From Pyrodictiaceae archaeon (lineage in GTDB: Archaea > Thermoproteota > Thermoprotei_A > Sulfolobales > Pyrodictiaceae), in assembly GCA_027036135.1 (NCBI GenBank), contig JALVSY010000007.1, forward strand, positions 900,880 to 964,879: a stretch of DNA of 64,000 nt. Reading direction: 5' to 3'. Made by a program: the position numbers and the translations under genes. Positions 46,350 through 57,751 of this stretch are shown one piece after another (position 1 is the first letter of the stretch; each line of letters starts with the position of its first letter). A model generated the notes under the pieces. That model was not told where the DNA came from and searched no databases. It saw nothing but the letters and a program-made list of their open reading frames with translations.

Positions 46350-48443
46350 TTAGCGGACTATAGCGTAGCATCCAAGGCTCTTTTCGTAAATTATTCCGTC
46401 GCGTCTCATAGTCTTTATTGCCTCTTCCACTATGTTTGATTCTATACCCTCACTTAGTGCCCTCTTTTGTATGTCTCTGAGCTTTGCGCACCCTTCTTCA
46501 CTCTCGGATTCTAGCTGCTCTATTATCTCCATCACTCTTGTAAACTTCTCTTGCTTGCTTCGCGGCTTCCCAGTCATGATTATGTCTATATCTATCTTGC
46601 CGCTCTCTATGTCAAGACCCGCGCTTTCAAGGAATGCTTTCATGAGTCTTATTGCTGCTTCTGCATCCTCTACTGTTACTTCGTTCCTAAGTGCCATCCT
46701 GGCGTGAGCCTCGGCCAGCCTCACAAGTGCTTCGAGCTGCCTCAACGTAATCGGTATAGCTCCGTCAGCTGACTCTAGGCTCATTCTCCTCATCTGGACA
46801 TAGAAGTCCTCTATTAGCTTGATAGCTTCACTTGTGAGACGTGGCCTCACATAACGCCTAGCATAACTGATGTACTTCTTCAATAGCTCTGGCTCAATTT
46901 CCGGCTTAACTTTCTCAGTCTCTTTATGCACTTGTAGTATGTGATGCGCTACTCTCCTATCCTCCTCCGGGTTCGGTTTATCCTTGAGAATGAATATTAA
47001 ATCAAATCTCGAGAGTATAGTAACCGGTAGGTTTATGTTATCGGCAAGAGTACGATTTGTCAAATATCTCCCAAACTTGGGGTTCCCGGCTGCTATTACT
47101 GTTGTCCTCGCGTTCAGCCTAGCAACTATACCTGCCTTTGCTATGCTGACTGTCTGCTGCTCCATTGCCTCGTGTATGGCGACACGGTCTTCGTCTCTCA
47201 TCTTGTCTATCTCATCTATTGCTGCAACGCCACCATCTGCTAATACAAGCGCACCAGCTTCAAGATAATATTCGCCCGTGGCTTTGTCTCGTATTACTGC
47301 TGCTGTTAGACCAGCTGCTGTTGCTCCTTTACCCGTTGTATATATTCCTCGGGGTGCTATACGTGCAACATATTGGAGTAGCTGGCTCTTAGCAGTTCCA
47401 GGATCACCTACGATCAATACATGTATGTCTCCCCTAATCCGTGTTCCGTCAGGAGTTACTTTCGGTACACCGCCGAAGAGCGCTAATGCAATAGCCTCCT
47501 TTATGTCCCAGTGCCCGTATATTGCGGGCGCGATACTAGCGACAATCTTCTTATGTATCCACGGATCTCTAGCAAGCGTCTTTATTCGTTCCTCGTCTTC
47601 ACGTGTTATTACTACTTCTTCTAGAAGCTTCTGGGATACCTCTAGGTGAATAGCATCTATGTATAAGTCATAAATCGCCTTCTTTTTAGCAGAGTCAGGT
47701 CTAACGCGCACAACTCCAACAATTGTTACCCTATCGCCGGGTCTTGCACTATCAACTAGCTCATCTTGTAATACCACTTCGATGCTTCGCGGTAACTGCC
47801 CTGGGGGGATCTCCTCCGGCCTTTCTTGTAGCACTATTCTTTGCCAATCTATGAGCTTAGACTTCTCGGGTATTAGGCGGAAGGTGCCGCTAGCGCTTCC
47901 ACATACCGGGCACGCTGGGGGCTTCTCCAGGACCTCGCCTACTAGCTCTCCTTCGGGAGGCCATTCAAATTCGTGGCATCCTTGATCCTTTGTACAGTGC
48001 ATGAAGACGGCCTTAGTTATTTTCTCTTTTATCGGTGTTGCTCTTACCAATATGCCTTCAAGCATTACTAGTTTACCTATGTATTCGCTCCGTAGTCTTC
48101 GGAGTGGTAGTGTTCTTGGCAGAGCTCGTACCCTTATATAGAATTTCTCGATAGATTCGGCATACTCTGGAGCTTCTGACTCAATAAACTCCTTTAGGGC
48201 CTCGCTTGCCTGTCTTAGAACCTCGTCGGGGGAATCTATTAGAAGCCTAGCAAGCTTGTTATCAAAGATATATAGGTCGTTGTACTCCACAATTAGGCTT
48301 TTCTGGCCCATTGTTATCATTTGTCTTACTCTCTCTCGGTACTTGTAATTCCCGTTACGATCCCTAAAGCTCCTTAAGAATTCGAAGAATCGCTCCTTGG
48401 CATCTATTATTGATTCCTCGAGGATTCCTGGTATGCTTTGCAC
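46350..48443 (-). CDS. mcm: MCM replicative helicase
   Basis: GDPGTAKSQ, IDEIDKM, AMEQQ, SRFD. Confidence 0.98.
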   Translation of the reverse strand: MQSIPGILEESIIDAKERFFEFLRSFRDRNGNYKYRERVRQMITMGQKSLIVEYNDLYIFDNKLARLLIDSPDEVLRQASEALKEFIESEAPEYAESIEKFYIRVRALPRTLPLRRLRSEYIGKLVMLEGILVRATPIKEKITKAVFMHCTKDQGCHEFEWPPEGELVGEVLEKPPACPVCGSASGTFRLIPEKSKLIDWQRIVLQERPEEIPPGQLPRSIEVVLQDELVDSARPGDRVTIVGVVRVRPDSAKKKAIYDLYIDAIHLEVSQKLLEEVVITREDEERIKTLARDPWIHKKIVASIAPAIYGHWDIKEAIALALFGGVPKVTPDGTRIRGDIHVLIVGDPGTAKSQLLQYVARIAPRGIYTTGKGATAAGLTAAVIRDKATGEYYLEAGALVLADGGVAAIDEIDKMRDEDRVAIHEAMEQQTVSIAKAGIVARLNARTTVIAAGNPKFGRYLTNRTLADNINLPVTILSRFDLIFILKDKPNPEEDRRVAHHILQVHKETEKVKPEIEPELLKKYISYARRYVRPRLTSEAIKLIEDFYVQMRRMSLESADGAIPITLRQLEALVRLAEAHARMALRNEVTVEDAEAAIRLMKAFLESAGLDIESGKIDIDIIMTGKPRSKQEKFTRVMEIIEQLESESEEGCAKLRDIQKRALSEGIESNIVEEAIKTMRRDGIIYEKSLGCYAIVR

Positions 48444-48517
48444 GGCCCTCTATGCCCCTCTGACTAAGTGTGCATAAATAATACCCTTTATCTCGTTCAC
48501 GGGTCGTTGCTATACCG

Positions 48518-49081
48518 CTATGCTGGCTTGGGCAGTATCTTGTTCTTCCATTCTCGTAGCACTTGGCTGAAATACGTTAATAGAAGAGTCTCTTCTGGCG
48601 CCAGCCTCGAGGACAGCTCAGCTATACTTGTTGGGCTCCTAAGACTCTGCAATATCATCGTCAAGCGCTTATCAACGATATCGACAAGGTACTGTGCCAT
48701 CTTCTGGCTCTCTTCGAAAAGTGCTGGATTAAGCTCTCTTCTAGCTCTCTCCTCTAAGTCTCTTATCACCGTCTTAGCCTCTTGGTAAAAATATTGAGGT
48801 AGTGGCTCGAGATCTGAGGGTGTTTTTGCACTAACTACTGAGAAATGGAGCCGCGCAATATCCTCAAGAGTTATTGGTGTTTCAATGAGCTTTGCCAGTT
48901 CCTTTGCCGCTAGTTGTTTAGCTAGCCAATATGGTAACTCGGTTTCAACTCCTTTTTGTAGCTCGATCTTTTGTCCATCGATTTCAAGCACTCCAGCATC
49001 CTTAAGTATCATTGTACGAACTGGCCTGAGCAGGTACTCGAACTCTAGGATCTCAAGCTCTATGCTAAGCCTTGATTCCAA
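48518..49081 (-). CDS. GINS subunit (Gins23)
   Basis: ELPYWLA motif; directly upstream of mcm. Confidence 0.85.
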   Translation of the reverse strand: MESRLSIELEILEFEYLLRPVRTMILKDAGVLEIDGQKIELQKGVETELPYWLAKQLAAKELAKLIETPITLEDIARLHFSVVSAKTPSDLEPLPQYFYQEAKTVIRDLEERARRELNPALFEESQKMAQYLVDIVDKRLTMILQSLRSPTSIAELSSRLAPEETLLLTYFSQVLREWKNKILPKPA

Positions 49082-49168
49082 GTCCTAGCCCCTTACCAGT
49101 GTTTTTCAGGGCTCGTTGCCCTAAAATAGGCGTTAGGTAATATTAGCTGTAATTCGGGCTGGTAACCC

Positions 49169-50152
49169 TTGTCAAGTATTGCTGAACTCCTTTGGGCAGA
49201 GAAATATAGGCCTAGATCCCTTGATGAAATAGTGAATCAAGAGGAAATTGTTAAAAGGCTTAAGAAGTTTGTTGAAGAGAGAAACATGCCTCATCTTTTA
49301 TTCGTAGGCCCGCCGGGCACTGGTAAGACTACTGCAGCGCATGCCCTAGCACATGATCTCTACGGCGAGAACTATCTTCAGTATATGTTGGAGCTTAATG
49401 CAAGCGATGAGAGGGGAATAGATACTATTAGGACAAAGGTAAAGGAATTTGCACGTAGTAGAACACCTCCCGGTGTTCCCTTTAAGATAGTCTTGCTCGA
49501 TGAAGCAGACAATATGACTGCCGATGCTCAACAAGCCTTGCGTCGATTAATGGAAATGTATACTGCCAGTACCAGGTTCATACTTATTGCCAACTTTCCT
49601 AGTAAGATAATAGAGCCTATACAATCGAGGTGTGCATTGTTCCGTTTTACTCCACTGAAGAAAGAAGATGTTATTGCAAGGCTCAAGTGGATATGTGAGC
49701 AAGAGAAGTGTAAGTACACCGAGGAAGGGCTTGAGACCATTTACGAGATAAGCGAGGGCGATATGCGCAGAGCTATTAACGTTCTCCAAGCAGCCGCAGC
49801 TATAGGAACAGTCACGCCCGATATAGTCTACAAGGTAGTTGGGCTAGCTCATCCTCGCGAGATAAGAGAAATGATAAAGTTAGCATTAGATGGCCAGTTC
49901 CAGAGGGCGAGGGATCAGCTACGTCAACTCATGATAAACTATGGCCTCAGTGGTGTTGATGTTATTAAGCAGATTCATAGAGAAATATTTAGCCAAGAGC
50001 TTAAGCTCCCCGAGGAACTAAGGGTTATGATAGCTGATTATGCTGGTGAAATACAGTTCCGCCTCGTGGAGGGCGCGGATGACGAGATACAGCTTAGCGC
50101 TTTCTTAGCATGGCTTACGCTACTCGGCCAAAAGATGCGAGCAACTTCGTAG
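49169..50152 (+). CDS. rfcS: Replication factor C small subunit
   Basis: WAEKYRP, GPPGTGKT, ELNASDERG, SRC. Confidence 0.97.
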   Translation: MSSIAELLWAEKYRPRSLDEIVNQEEIVKRLKKFVEERNMPHLLFVGPPGTGKTTAAHALAHDLYGENYLQYMLELNASDERGIDTIRTKVKEFARSRTPPGVPFKIVLLDEADNMTADAQQALRRLMEMYTASTRFILIANFPSKIIEPIQSRCALFRFTPLKKEDVIARLKWICEQEKCKYTEEGLETIYEISEGDMRRAINVLQAAAAIGTVTPDIVYKVVGLAHPREIREMIKLALDGQFQRARDQLRQLMINYGLSGVDVIKQIHREIFSQELKLPEELRVMIADYAGEIQFRLVEGADDEIQLSAFLAWLTLLGQKMRATS

Positions 50153-50190
50153 CAATACTCTCTTTATCTCGAGAGCTTAGGTGACATCTT

Positions 50191-51627
50191 TTGAGCCAAA
50201 GAATACCATGGGTTATAAAGTATAGGCCTAAACGTATAGCTGATGTTGCTAATCAAGACCAAGCAAAGGAGAAGTTTATTCCTTGGCTAAGGCAATGGTT
50301 GCAGGGACGCCCTCCGGAAAAGAAAGCAGCTCTCTTCTACGGCCCAGCGGGTGTCGGTAAAACAAGCCTTGTCGAGGCTGCGGCACATGAGTATGGGTTA
50401 GAACTCATAGAGATGAACGCATCAGATTTTAGGAGAAAAGAGGATATTGAACGCATAGCAAAGGTCGCTGCTACTCAGATGAGCTTGTTTGGGCGCCGCA
50501 AGATAATACTACTGGATGAAGTCGATGGTATATCAGGTACAGCTGATAGGGGAGGGCTTGACGCTATACTCGAACTCATCAAGATCACTAAGCACCCAAT
50601 AGTTATGACGGCTAATGATCCCTGGGACCAGAAGCTTCGTCCACTACGTGAGGCCTCATTAATGATACCTTTTAATAGGCTTAGCGAGCGCTACGTTGTC
50701 CAAGTTCTTAAGAGAATATGTGCAGCAGAGAGCATAGAATGCGAAGATGCAGCACTAAAGTATATTGCACAGAGATGTGAGGGAGACCTTAGATCAGCCA
50801 TTAATGATTTACAAGCTATAGCAGAGGGCTACGGCAAAGTAACTCTAGACATAGTAAGGAACCTTGTAGTATCTAGGGATAGACAGTACACGCCGTGGGA
50901 GATGCTCCGGAACCTGTTTATGTCAAAGTATGCTTGGCAAGCAAAACGCGCTGTAACGCACACGGATTTAGACTATGAAACCATTCTCCAATGGATTAAC
51001 GAAAATATACCGAACCAGTATACAGACCCAGAAGATGTATGGAGAGCATTTGAGTCATTGGCGAGAGCCGATATGTATCTCGGCAGGATTAAACGTACTC
51101 TCTCATGGGACTTGTTATCCTACGTCTTTGACTTAGCAGGGCCTGGAGTAGCTCTGGCTAGGAAAAAGAGTAAGTTCCGATGGGCTAAGTACTCTTTTCC
51201 CCAAAAGATAATGCTCCTTGCTAAGACGAAGGAGATGCGTGAAGTAAGAGAGACGTTGGCTGATGCTATTGCAAAACGTATACATACGTCGAGAACCACA
51301 GTAAAGCGAGAGGTATTGCCCTATCTCATGATAATATTCCGGGAGAGACCTGACTATGCTGCGAGGATAGCCATAGGGTATAACCTAACAGATAACATGA
51401 TTAAGTATCTCGCGGGCCCTCTATACTCACGGGTCAAGGAGCATATTAACATGCTATTATTACGTATGGAGAAGCCTGCTACAGCATCAACGAGGGTAGA
51501 GACGAGAGCAACACAGATTCAGACTAAGAGCGAAGAGGCCAGTACTAGTAAGGCTCGGAGAGCTACCAGGAGGTCAAGTAGACGGAGAAGAAAGGGAGGC
51601 GGGACTCAAACCACCCTGCCCTTATGA
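50191..51627 (+). CDS. rfcL: Replication factor C large subunit
   Basis: [21 protein letters not shown]; C-terminal PIP-like QTTL. Confidence 0.96.
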   Translation: MSQRIPWVIKYRPKRIADVANQDQAKEKFIPWLRQWLQGRPPEKKAALFYGPAGVGKTSLVEAAAHEYGLELIEMNASDFRRKEDIERIAKVAATQMSLFGRRKIILLDEVDGISGTADRGGLDAILELIKITKHPIVMTANDPWDQKLRPLREASLMIPFNRLSERYVVQVLKRICAAESIECEDAALKYIAQRCEGDLRSAINDLQAIAEGYGKVTLDIVRNLVVSRDRQYTPWEMLRNLFMSKYAWQAKRAVTHTDLDYETILQWINENIPNQYTDPEDVWRAFESLARADMYLGRIKRTLSWDLLSYVFDLAGPGVALARKKSKFRWAKYSFPQKIMLLAKTKEMREVRETLADAIAKRIHTSRTTVKREVLPYLMIIFRERPDYAARIAIGYNLTDNMIKYLAGPLYSRVKEHINMLLLRMEKPATASTRVETRATQIQTKSEEASTSKARRATRRSSRRRRKGGGTQTTLPL

Positions 51628-52074
51628 AGTTAGGGGTTTCTTTATCTTATTTTCTACGATTATATTCTCTATACGTGTATAGGGGTAGAGGCCTTCTTCG
51701 TCTTTCTCGTACTTCTTGACCATGTCCCAAATATTGAGCAAAGCTATGCTTACGGCTGTAAGGGCTTCCATCTCAACTCCTGTTCGCGCTATGGCTTTTA
51801 CCCTTGCTTTGCACCCTATATGTTCCTCGTCTTCTATTGAGCATTCTACTGATACATTGGTTATTTCGATCGGGTGACACATTGGGAGAAGAGTTGGTGT
51901 CTTCTTTGCCGCTAGTATTCCAGCAATAGTAGCTACTTGGAAGGGGTCTCCCTTCTCTATCTTATTTTCCTTGATGAGCTTGATTGTTTCTTTGCGTAAT
52001 TTTATTCTACCATAGGCTATAGCCTCTCTATATATGATATCTTTCTTTGTTATATCTATCATGCTTGGCTGCAA
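51622..52074 (-). CDS. moaC: Cyclic pyranopterin monophosphate synthase
   Basis: [23 protein letters not shown]. Confidence 0.96.
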   Translation of the reverse strand: MQPSMIDITKKDIIYREAIAYGRIKLRKETIKLIKENKIEKGDPFQVATIAGILAAKKTPTLLPMCHPIEITNVSVECSIEDEEHIGCKARVKAIARTGVEMEALTAVSIALLNIWDMVKKYEKDEEGLYPYTRIENIIVENKIKKPLTS

Positions 52075-52119
52075 GTTTGTAAGCCCGTGTAGGAAGAGTT
52101 GTTACTTGGTTGTTCCTAA

Positions 52120-52395
52120 TTATATCTCTTGTAGTGTTCGTAGAAGTTCAAGGATTATTGGAACATGTGGATTATCGAATCTTAGACTAAAATAACGAAC
52201 TCTTCCTAATCTCTCTTCTTCAATAAGTCCCAGGTCTTTGAGCTCACGTAAGTGTTTCTCTAAAAGCTTGTAGTGTAGGCCACTGTACCTTAGGAGACGC
52301 GTTATGTTAAGCTGGCCATATTCTGCTAATAATAGGAGTATTTTGGCTTTTCCTTTGCTGCCTAGTATCTCTTGTACTAGTTCATGTTTTTTCAT
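52120..52395 (-). CDS. ArsR-type wHTH protein
   Basis: LNITRLLRYSGLHYK..HLRELKDLGLIEE. Confidence 0.85.
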   Translation of the reverse strand: MKKHELVQEILGSKGKAKILLLLAEYGQLNITRLLRYSGLHYKLLEKHLRELKDLGLIEEERLGRVRYFSLRFDNPHVPIILELLRTLQEI

Positions 52396-53630
52396 GTATT
52401 TCCTCCCTTCATGTATTCTATTAGCTCTGTGATGTATCTTTCTAGGTGATCAAGAGGCCCTAGGCTCATGCCTATTAGTGTGCTCTTACCCCTATAGCCT
52501 TTCCCGGAGACCTTTGCTTCTATTATCCCTCGCTTCTTTAGATCCATTATGTACTCGTAGACTTGTGTGTGTCTCCTAGGTGTTTCGCCTAGTTCTTCAC
52601 ATATTCGTTGATACTCTGCTTCTACCTCGCCTATCCTGACATAGGGCTCGTTAGTAGCTCTTAATGTCCTTACTATTGCAAGGAGCAATATCATTTCGTG
52701 AAGTGGTAGGTGTTTAATAATATCATTTACCATTATTGATAGATTGGGATTGGTCTTAGTAAACGCTTTTCTCACATGCTCTATAGTGAGTATTGGTGAC
52801 CCCTCGTTATCTGCTTCGTTTCCTGCAAGCAGAAGTATTTCAAGCGCTAATCTAGCATTTCCGCTGCCCCCGGTATCCGCTCCAACAAGCTCAGCTATGT
52901 ATCGCAGTACTTCGTCGCTAACAGTTCCTTCGTAGAATGCTTCGCTGCTTCTATACTTAAGGATATCGTAAAGCTCATTGCTTGTATAGGGTTTAAAGTG
53001 TATGACGTTTCTAATTAAGTAGCTCTCTGTGGCCGTGTCAAGCCTGCTAAGGCTTGTTAGACCCCTTGTTATAAATGTAAAGCTTATTCGTTTTGTCAAC
53101 TCTGGGTGTTCGTCATAAGTCCTCACAAGGAAATAAACTGCGTCATTACCTGCGACTTCGATAAAGTAGTCAAACTCGTCAAGAGTTATTATCGCGTACA
53201 TATTCTTGTTCTCTAACTGTTTTAGAATTAATTGATACATTTCCTGGGCAGATAGACCTCTTGGCGGTATTGGTATTCTTAACTGCCTAGCTATCTCTTG
53301 TACAACTAAATATAACGTTCTATCCCTATGACAATTAACATGTACATATTCCATTTTAATGCCTCGTTGTCTAGCAAGGAGTTTAAAGTCCTGCCCGAAC
53401 CTCCTCGCCGTAACGCTCTTCCCCGTCCCTATGCTCCCCACTAAAAGAACACGTTGCGAAAGGGAGCCTGGTTCAAGTAATACTGGCCTGAAATATGTTG
53501 CTAGAGACTTTAGTTGCTCCTCGCGATGAGGTAGATAAGGTGGCACGTACTCTGGGTATAGCTTCTCTCTACTCTTAAATACCGAGGGACGCTCTAGGAT
53601 ACTTTCGATTAAGTCTCGTGTAGATGGCAT
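52392..53630 (-). CDS. cdc6: Orc1/Cdc6 initiator (probably Cdc6-2 type by synteny with rfc/gins/mcm)
   Basis: YVPPYLPHRE, GSIGTGKS, LDEFD, GNARLAL. Confidence 0.95.
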   Translation of the reverse strand: MPSTRDLIESILERPSVFKSREKLYPEYVPPYLPHREEQLKSLATYFRPVLLEPGSLSQRVLLVGSIGTGKSVTARRFGQDFKLLARQRGIKMEYVHVNCHRDRTLYLVVQEIARQLRIPIPPRGLSAQEMYQLILKQLENKNMYAIITLDEFDYFIEVAGNDAVYFLVRTYDEHPELTKRISFTFITRGLTSLSRLDTATESYLIRNVIHFKPYTSNELYDILKYRSSEAFYEGTVSDEVLRYIAELVGADTGGSGNARLALEILLLAGNEADNEGSPILTIEHVRKAFTKTNPNLSIMVNDIIKHLPLHEMILLLAIVRTLRATNEPYVRIGEVEAEYQRICEELGETPRRHTQVYEYIMDLKKRGIIEAKVSGKGYRGKSTLIGMSLGPLDHLERYITELIEYMKGGNT

Positions 53631-53664
53631 AGTTTCGGCCTACCCATTGGAAGAGTTCATAGTA

Positions 53665-54264
53665 TTACGTTTTTCTAGTTTCTCCTCCGGAGATGCCTAA
53701 TCCAATCCTACTTTCTCTCCAGAACCTCATACGGTCACTGCCTCGAGGTACTAGCGCTACAACAATGCCTTCACGCGTATCTTCTATTATAAGCGAGTAC
53801 ATAGACTTTCTACTAACTTTGATTCTAAGCATAGAAGCTAGTATATTTTGGAGCCTCTTCTGCGCTTTGCGCCTTGCAACAAGGCCTTTATACACTATGT
53901 ATATATTGCGGGGGTGAACCTCTACATAGCAATAATTAGTACACCTAGGTAAAACAAAGTCTCTAATATCTATTAGTATGGCGTCGTTAATCAATATATT
54001 CTCTCGAGTAAAGCGTATGAATTCTCTGTAGACTCTGTGAACCGGTATAAGTCTCTCAATATATGCGGGTGGTTCTCGTACAATATATTCAAAAGCTTTG
54101 TCAGCCTCCAAGCAAGAGTATACATAAATAAGCGGATATTCGGAATCACTTTTTATCTCTAAACATCCTTTATCGTAGAGGTAAAGTGCGTCACCTATCT
54201 CTTCTTCGGCTTTATCAATATGCCATTTATTAGCTATGGCTACAAGGCGCAAGGATTTCTTCAA
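53665..54264 (-). CDS. THUMP-like hypothetical protein
   Basis: EEEIGDALY..PPAYIERLIPV. Confidence 0.6.
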   Translation of the reverse strand: MKKSLRLVAIANKWHIDKAEEEIGDALYLYDKGCLEIKSDSEYPLIYVYSCLEADKAFEYIVREPPAYIERLIPVHRVYREFIRFTRENILINDAILIDIRDFVLPRCTNYCYVEVHPRNIYIVYKGLVARRKAQKRLQNILASMLRIKVSRKSMYSLIIEDTREGIVVALVPRGSDRMRFWRESRIGLGISGGETRKT

Positions 54265-54347
54265 AATATCACCTATTAATAAAACTTAGAATTATACGAT
54301 TTTTCGCTTAAAGTTAGATATCTAGGTAGTGGTGAGCAGGTTTTTGC

Positions 54348-55682
54348 CTAGTGATAAAATCCTAGGATTTCGTGTAAGCTGCTATATGCGTACTTTCCTG
54401 CATAGATAGCCGAGCCGGCTAGTTCTTCTTCAATACGTATCAGCTCATTATATTTTGCTACACGTTCGCTTCTTGCTGGGGCCCCGGTCTTTATGAGCCC
54501 TGTTCTTAGTGCGACGGCTATGTGTGCTATGGTTGTGTCTTCGGTTTCGCCGCTTCTATGGCTAACAATAACCTTCATTGCGTTCCGGTAAGCAAGGAAT
54601 GCGTAATCGAATGCCTCAGTCAGCGTTCCTATCTGGTTAACTTTTAAAAGAGCAGTATTAGTTGCACCCACGGATATTCCTCTATGCAGTCTTTCGATAT
54701 TCGTGACGTAGAGATCGTCTCCAACTACTAGTACTCTCTTGCCTATCTTTGTCGTCAGCTTAGCGTGACTATCGAAATCCTCTTCGTAAAACGGGTCCTC
54801 TATGCTAGCTATAGGATACTCGTTAACAAGCTCAACATAATAATCGATTAATTCTTCTGAGCTTAGTTCCTTTCCATCAAGCTTATATACCTTTCTCTCT
54901 TCGTCATAGAAATGTGAAGCTGCAGCATCAATACCTAAGTACACGTCCTCGCCAGGCTGCCAGCCAGCCCTCCTTATAGCCTCGACGAGTGCATCAAGAG
55001 CTTCTCGCGTCTCCTTCATAGGTGGCGCAAATCCGCCTTCATCACCAACATTTATAGCGATAGTTCCATACTTCTCTTTTAGATATGATTTGAGCTCGTG
55101 ATATATTTCTGAAGCCATTCGAAGAGCCTCGTGAAACGTATCAGAGTTAACAGGGGCTATCATGAACTCTTGTATAGCTAACTCATTACCAGCATGAGCT
55201 CCTCCATTAATTATGTTCATGAGAGGTACTGGCAGCAGATACGTCCCAGAAGCTCCGCCCAAGTACATATAAAGCGGGAGATCAGCAGTCGCGGCAGCAG
55301 CTTTAGCAACAGCTAATGATACAGATACAATAGCGTTTGCACCGAGTCTGGATTTATTAGGAGTGCCGTCAAGCCTAACCATTACATTGTCTATAAGTCT
55401 TTGCATGCGTGAATCAAGCCCAATAAGGCGTGGCGCAATAATATAGTTCACGTTATATACAGCCCTTTTTACACCCTTACCCTTAAACTCCCTACCACCA
55501 TCTCTAAGCTCAACAGCCTCATGGATACCCTTAGACGCTCCTGCAGGTGCTGCAGCCCTGCCGAATCCACCACCTCTCGTTACAATCTCTGCTTCGACAG
55601 TCGGGTTTCCACGAGAATCAAGTATCATTCTAGCCCGAACAGCCTCAATAATATAGTCCTCACATACATCTGGCGGAAGCAT
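54348..55682 (-). CDS. eno: Enolase
   Basis: DSRGNPTVE, GDEGG, SHRSGETED. Confidence 0.98.
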   Translation of the reverse strand: MLPPDVCEDYIIEAVRARMILDSRGNPTVEAEIVTRGGGFGRAAAPAGASKGIHEAVELRDGGREFKGKGVKRAVYNVNYIIAPRLIGLDSRMQRLIDNVMVRLDGTPNKSRLGANAIVSVSLAVAKAAAATADLPLYMYLGGASGTYLLPVPLMNIINGGAHAGNELAIQEFMIAPVNSDTFHEALRMASEIYHELKSYLKEKYGTIAINVGDEGGFAPPMKETREALDALVEAIRRAGWQPGEDVYLGIDAAASHFYDEERKVYKLDGKELSSEELIDYYVELVNEYPIASIEDPFYEEDFDSHAKLTTKIGKRVLVVGDDLYVTNIERLHRGISVGATNTALLKVNQIGTLTEAFDYAFLAYRNAMKVIVSHRSGETEDTTIAHIAVALRTGLIKTGAPARSERVAKYNELIRIEEELAGSAIYAGKYAYSSLHEILGFYH

Positions 55683-55723
55683 TTTCCCTACACCACTTAC
55701 AACTACAGCGACGGGGCAGAAAA

Positions 55724-56383
55724 ATGCGCATATTAGTCATCGGTGCAGGGAAGCTAGGCTCACTCTTGGCCAAGAGATTATCAGAGAAAGGGCACGAGGT
55801 AATCGTTGTTGAAAAGGACGAAAATAGGGCAAGAGAAATAGCAGAACAAGCGGATGTAGAAGCCTTCGTACGAGACGCCACAGACCCCTCTGTCTACGAG
55901 GAGGTAAATATAGCAAGTATTGATGCTGTACTAGCTGTGACAAACAGGGATGAAGTAAACCTCTTTGTCGCGATGATGGCGCGAGAGTATGGAGTGCAGA
56001 GAATAATAGTAAAGGTAAGAGATAGCAGAATAGCCCAAATAGCGTCACGAATAGGTATAGCGGAGTATGTTGTAGTAGAGCCCAAAGTAGTTGGATCAGT
56101 TATCGAGGGAGTATTAGAAGGAAAGTATAGCTCTGTAGACCTTGTGCCAGTATTTGCAGGCAACTTTCGGCTCGTAGCAATAACCATAAACGAGGGAAGC
56201 AGTGTTGAAGGTAGATTACTAGAAGAAGTTAATTACCCGAAGGATGCTGTAAAAATACTAGCTATATTTGACGGAGAAAACTTCTACGACCCAGGCGAGA
56301 TTATAAGGCTACGAGCCGGGTACCAAGTAATAGCACTTGTACGTGAAGATAAGCTGGATGACTTCCTCAAAGCATTTAGGTAA
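55724..56383 (+). CDS. trkA: TrkA-family potassium uptake regulatory protein
   Basis: GAGKLG Rossmann motif; RCK domains. Confidence 0.9.
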   Translation: MRILVIGAGKLGSLLAKRLSEKGHEVIVVEKDENRAREIAEQADVEAFVRDATDPSVYEEVNIASIDAVLAVTNRDEVNLFVAMMAREYGVQRIIVKVRDSRIAQIASRIGIAEYVVVEPKVVGSVIEGVLEGKYSSVDLVPVFAGNFRLVAITINEGSSVEGRLLEEVNYPKDAVKILAIFDGENFYDPGEIIRLRAGYQVIALVREDKLDDFLKAFR

Positions 56384-56479
56384 AAAACTAGTACCTAGCA
56401 AGTGCTCTGAAATCGGTGAGGAATACTGAAACCAGTAGCACTAGCAATAGTTGAGACTAATAGCACAATTATTCGTCAT

Positions 56480-57295
56480 ATGAATGAATGGCTAAGGCAA
56501 GCTCTATCAACCTCGCTGGCCATAAAGCTGTTAGAGTCGCTCATAGTGCTAATAGTGGCATTAATATTCCTTAGGCTTGTAAAAGGCTTGTTAGCTAACC
56601 TTGAGCACAGAAATGTTATCTCAACGATACTCTCTGAACAGATATACAGGCTTACGGCGATATCAGTGTACAGTATTACATTGATAGTCGTAACCTACAT
56701 AATTACTGCTGTAAGCCTCCTACTGTACTTCGTCCTCGCACTAATAATTGTAATATTGGTTGCTAACTGGCACATAATAGCTGATATAGCAGCCTATTAC
56801 CTACTTATAGCGTTCCGCAACGTCTACCAAGCATCATTAATAGAACTACCAAGACTAGGTATAAGAGGAAGAATCGTCGGCTCAACTCTATTTCATACAC
56901 GAATAAGGACACCAAGCGGGAAAATAGTATACGTCCCTAACCACGTAATGATAACAGAACCCGTAATACAATCGATAGCGGTGCAATCAACAATAAAACT
57001 GGAATTAAGCCTAGATGTACCACAAACTGAACAAAAACAACTAGAAATAGATAAAATAGAGAGCAGTATACGTCAATCACTAAGAGAATCCAAGCTAACA
57101 ACACGGCCTCAAGACGTAATAGTGCAAGCGAAGAGCATGCAGGCAAATCGCATACACTTAGTCCTTTACATTCCTGTAGCGGGTAGTGAGCCAAGGCCAA
57201 GTACCATTAATAATATCGTAGCAGCACTTTATCGCAGGCTAAGAGACTTAAATCCAGAAATAAAAGTAGTCTATGAGCCTCCTCCATTAATATAG
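56480..57295 (+). CDS. MscS-family mechanosensitive channel
   Basis: Three TM helices, then TRIRTPSGKIVYVPN. Confidence 0.85.
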   Translation: MNEWLRQALSTSLAIKLLESLIVLIVALIFLRLVKGLLANLEHRNVISTILSEQIYRLTAISVYSITLIVVTYIITAVSLLLYFVLALIIVILVANWHIIADIAAYYLLIAFRNVYQASLIELPRLGIRGRIVGSTLFHTRIRTPSGKIVYVPNHVMITEPVIQSIAVQSTIKLELSLDVPQTEQKQLEIDKIESSIRQSLRESKLTTRPQDVIVQAKSMQANRIHLVLYIPVAGSEPRPSTINNIVAALYRRLRDLNPEIKVVYEPPPLI

Positions 57296-57390
57296 CACAA
57301 ACCCGGAATCCTTTTTAACAACTCACATACAACCACCCCATAAACGAGTAATACCGTAAGCAATAGAGGCAAAAAGGAGGTAACCACTTC

Positions 57391-57711
57391 ATGCCAAGGA
57401 GAAAAAGAGATCCCTATGTTTGTCCTCGGTGCGGGACACGAGTTGAACAACCAGTAAAGACATGGCAGTTAGTCTCGCCGCTTCCTGACTCCAAAGGCCG
57501 TGTTACTATCACGATAATGGGTAGCTTTGTATGCCCCAACTGCGGATACAAATGGAGAGCAGTCATATCTAAGATAAAGGTAGGTGGAGAAGAGGTCGAG
57601 CTAGAGACTGGCGGCAAAAAAGCCGAAATAAAATCATCGGCGGACAAGAAGACGGAAGAGAAAAGAGGCGAAGGAGCAGTAATCGAAATAGACCTAGACG
57701 AAATAGAGTAG
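57391..57711 (+). CDS. Zinc-binding Cren7-related protein
   Basis: PVKTWQLVSP..G.F Cren7-like core with CPRC/CPNC and an acidic tail. Confidence 0.75.
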   Translation: MPRRKRDPYVCPRCGTRVEQPVKTWQLVSPLPDSKGRVTITIMGSFVCPNCGYKWRAVISKIKVGGEEVELETGGKKAEIKSSADKKTEEKRGEGAVIEIDLDEIE

Positions 57712-57751
57712 CCCAAACATTCATGATAACCTAAAGGAGGGTTAATGTTCC

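Noticed and set aside
41959-50152. Inteins in polB, mcm or rfcS
   Set aside because: Protein lengths are normal and the motifs are contiguous.
52392-54347. Replication origin next to cdc6
   Set aside because: Intergenic gaps are short and no ORB repeats were seen.
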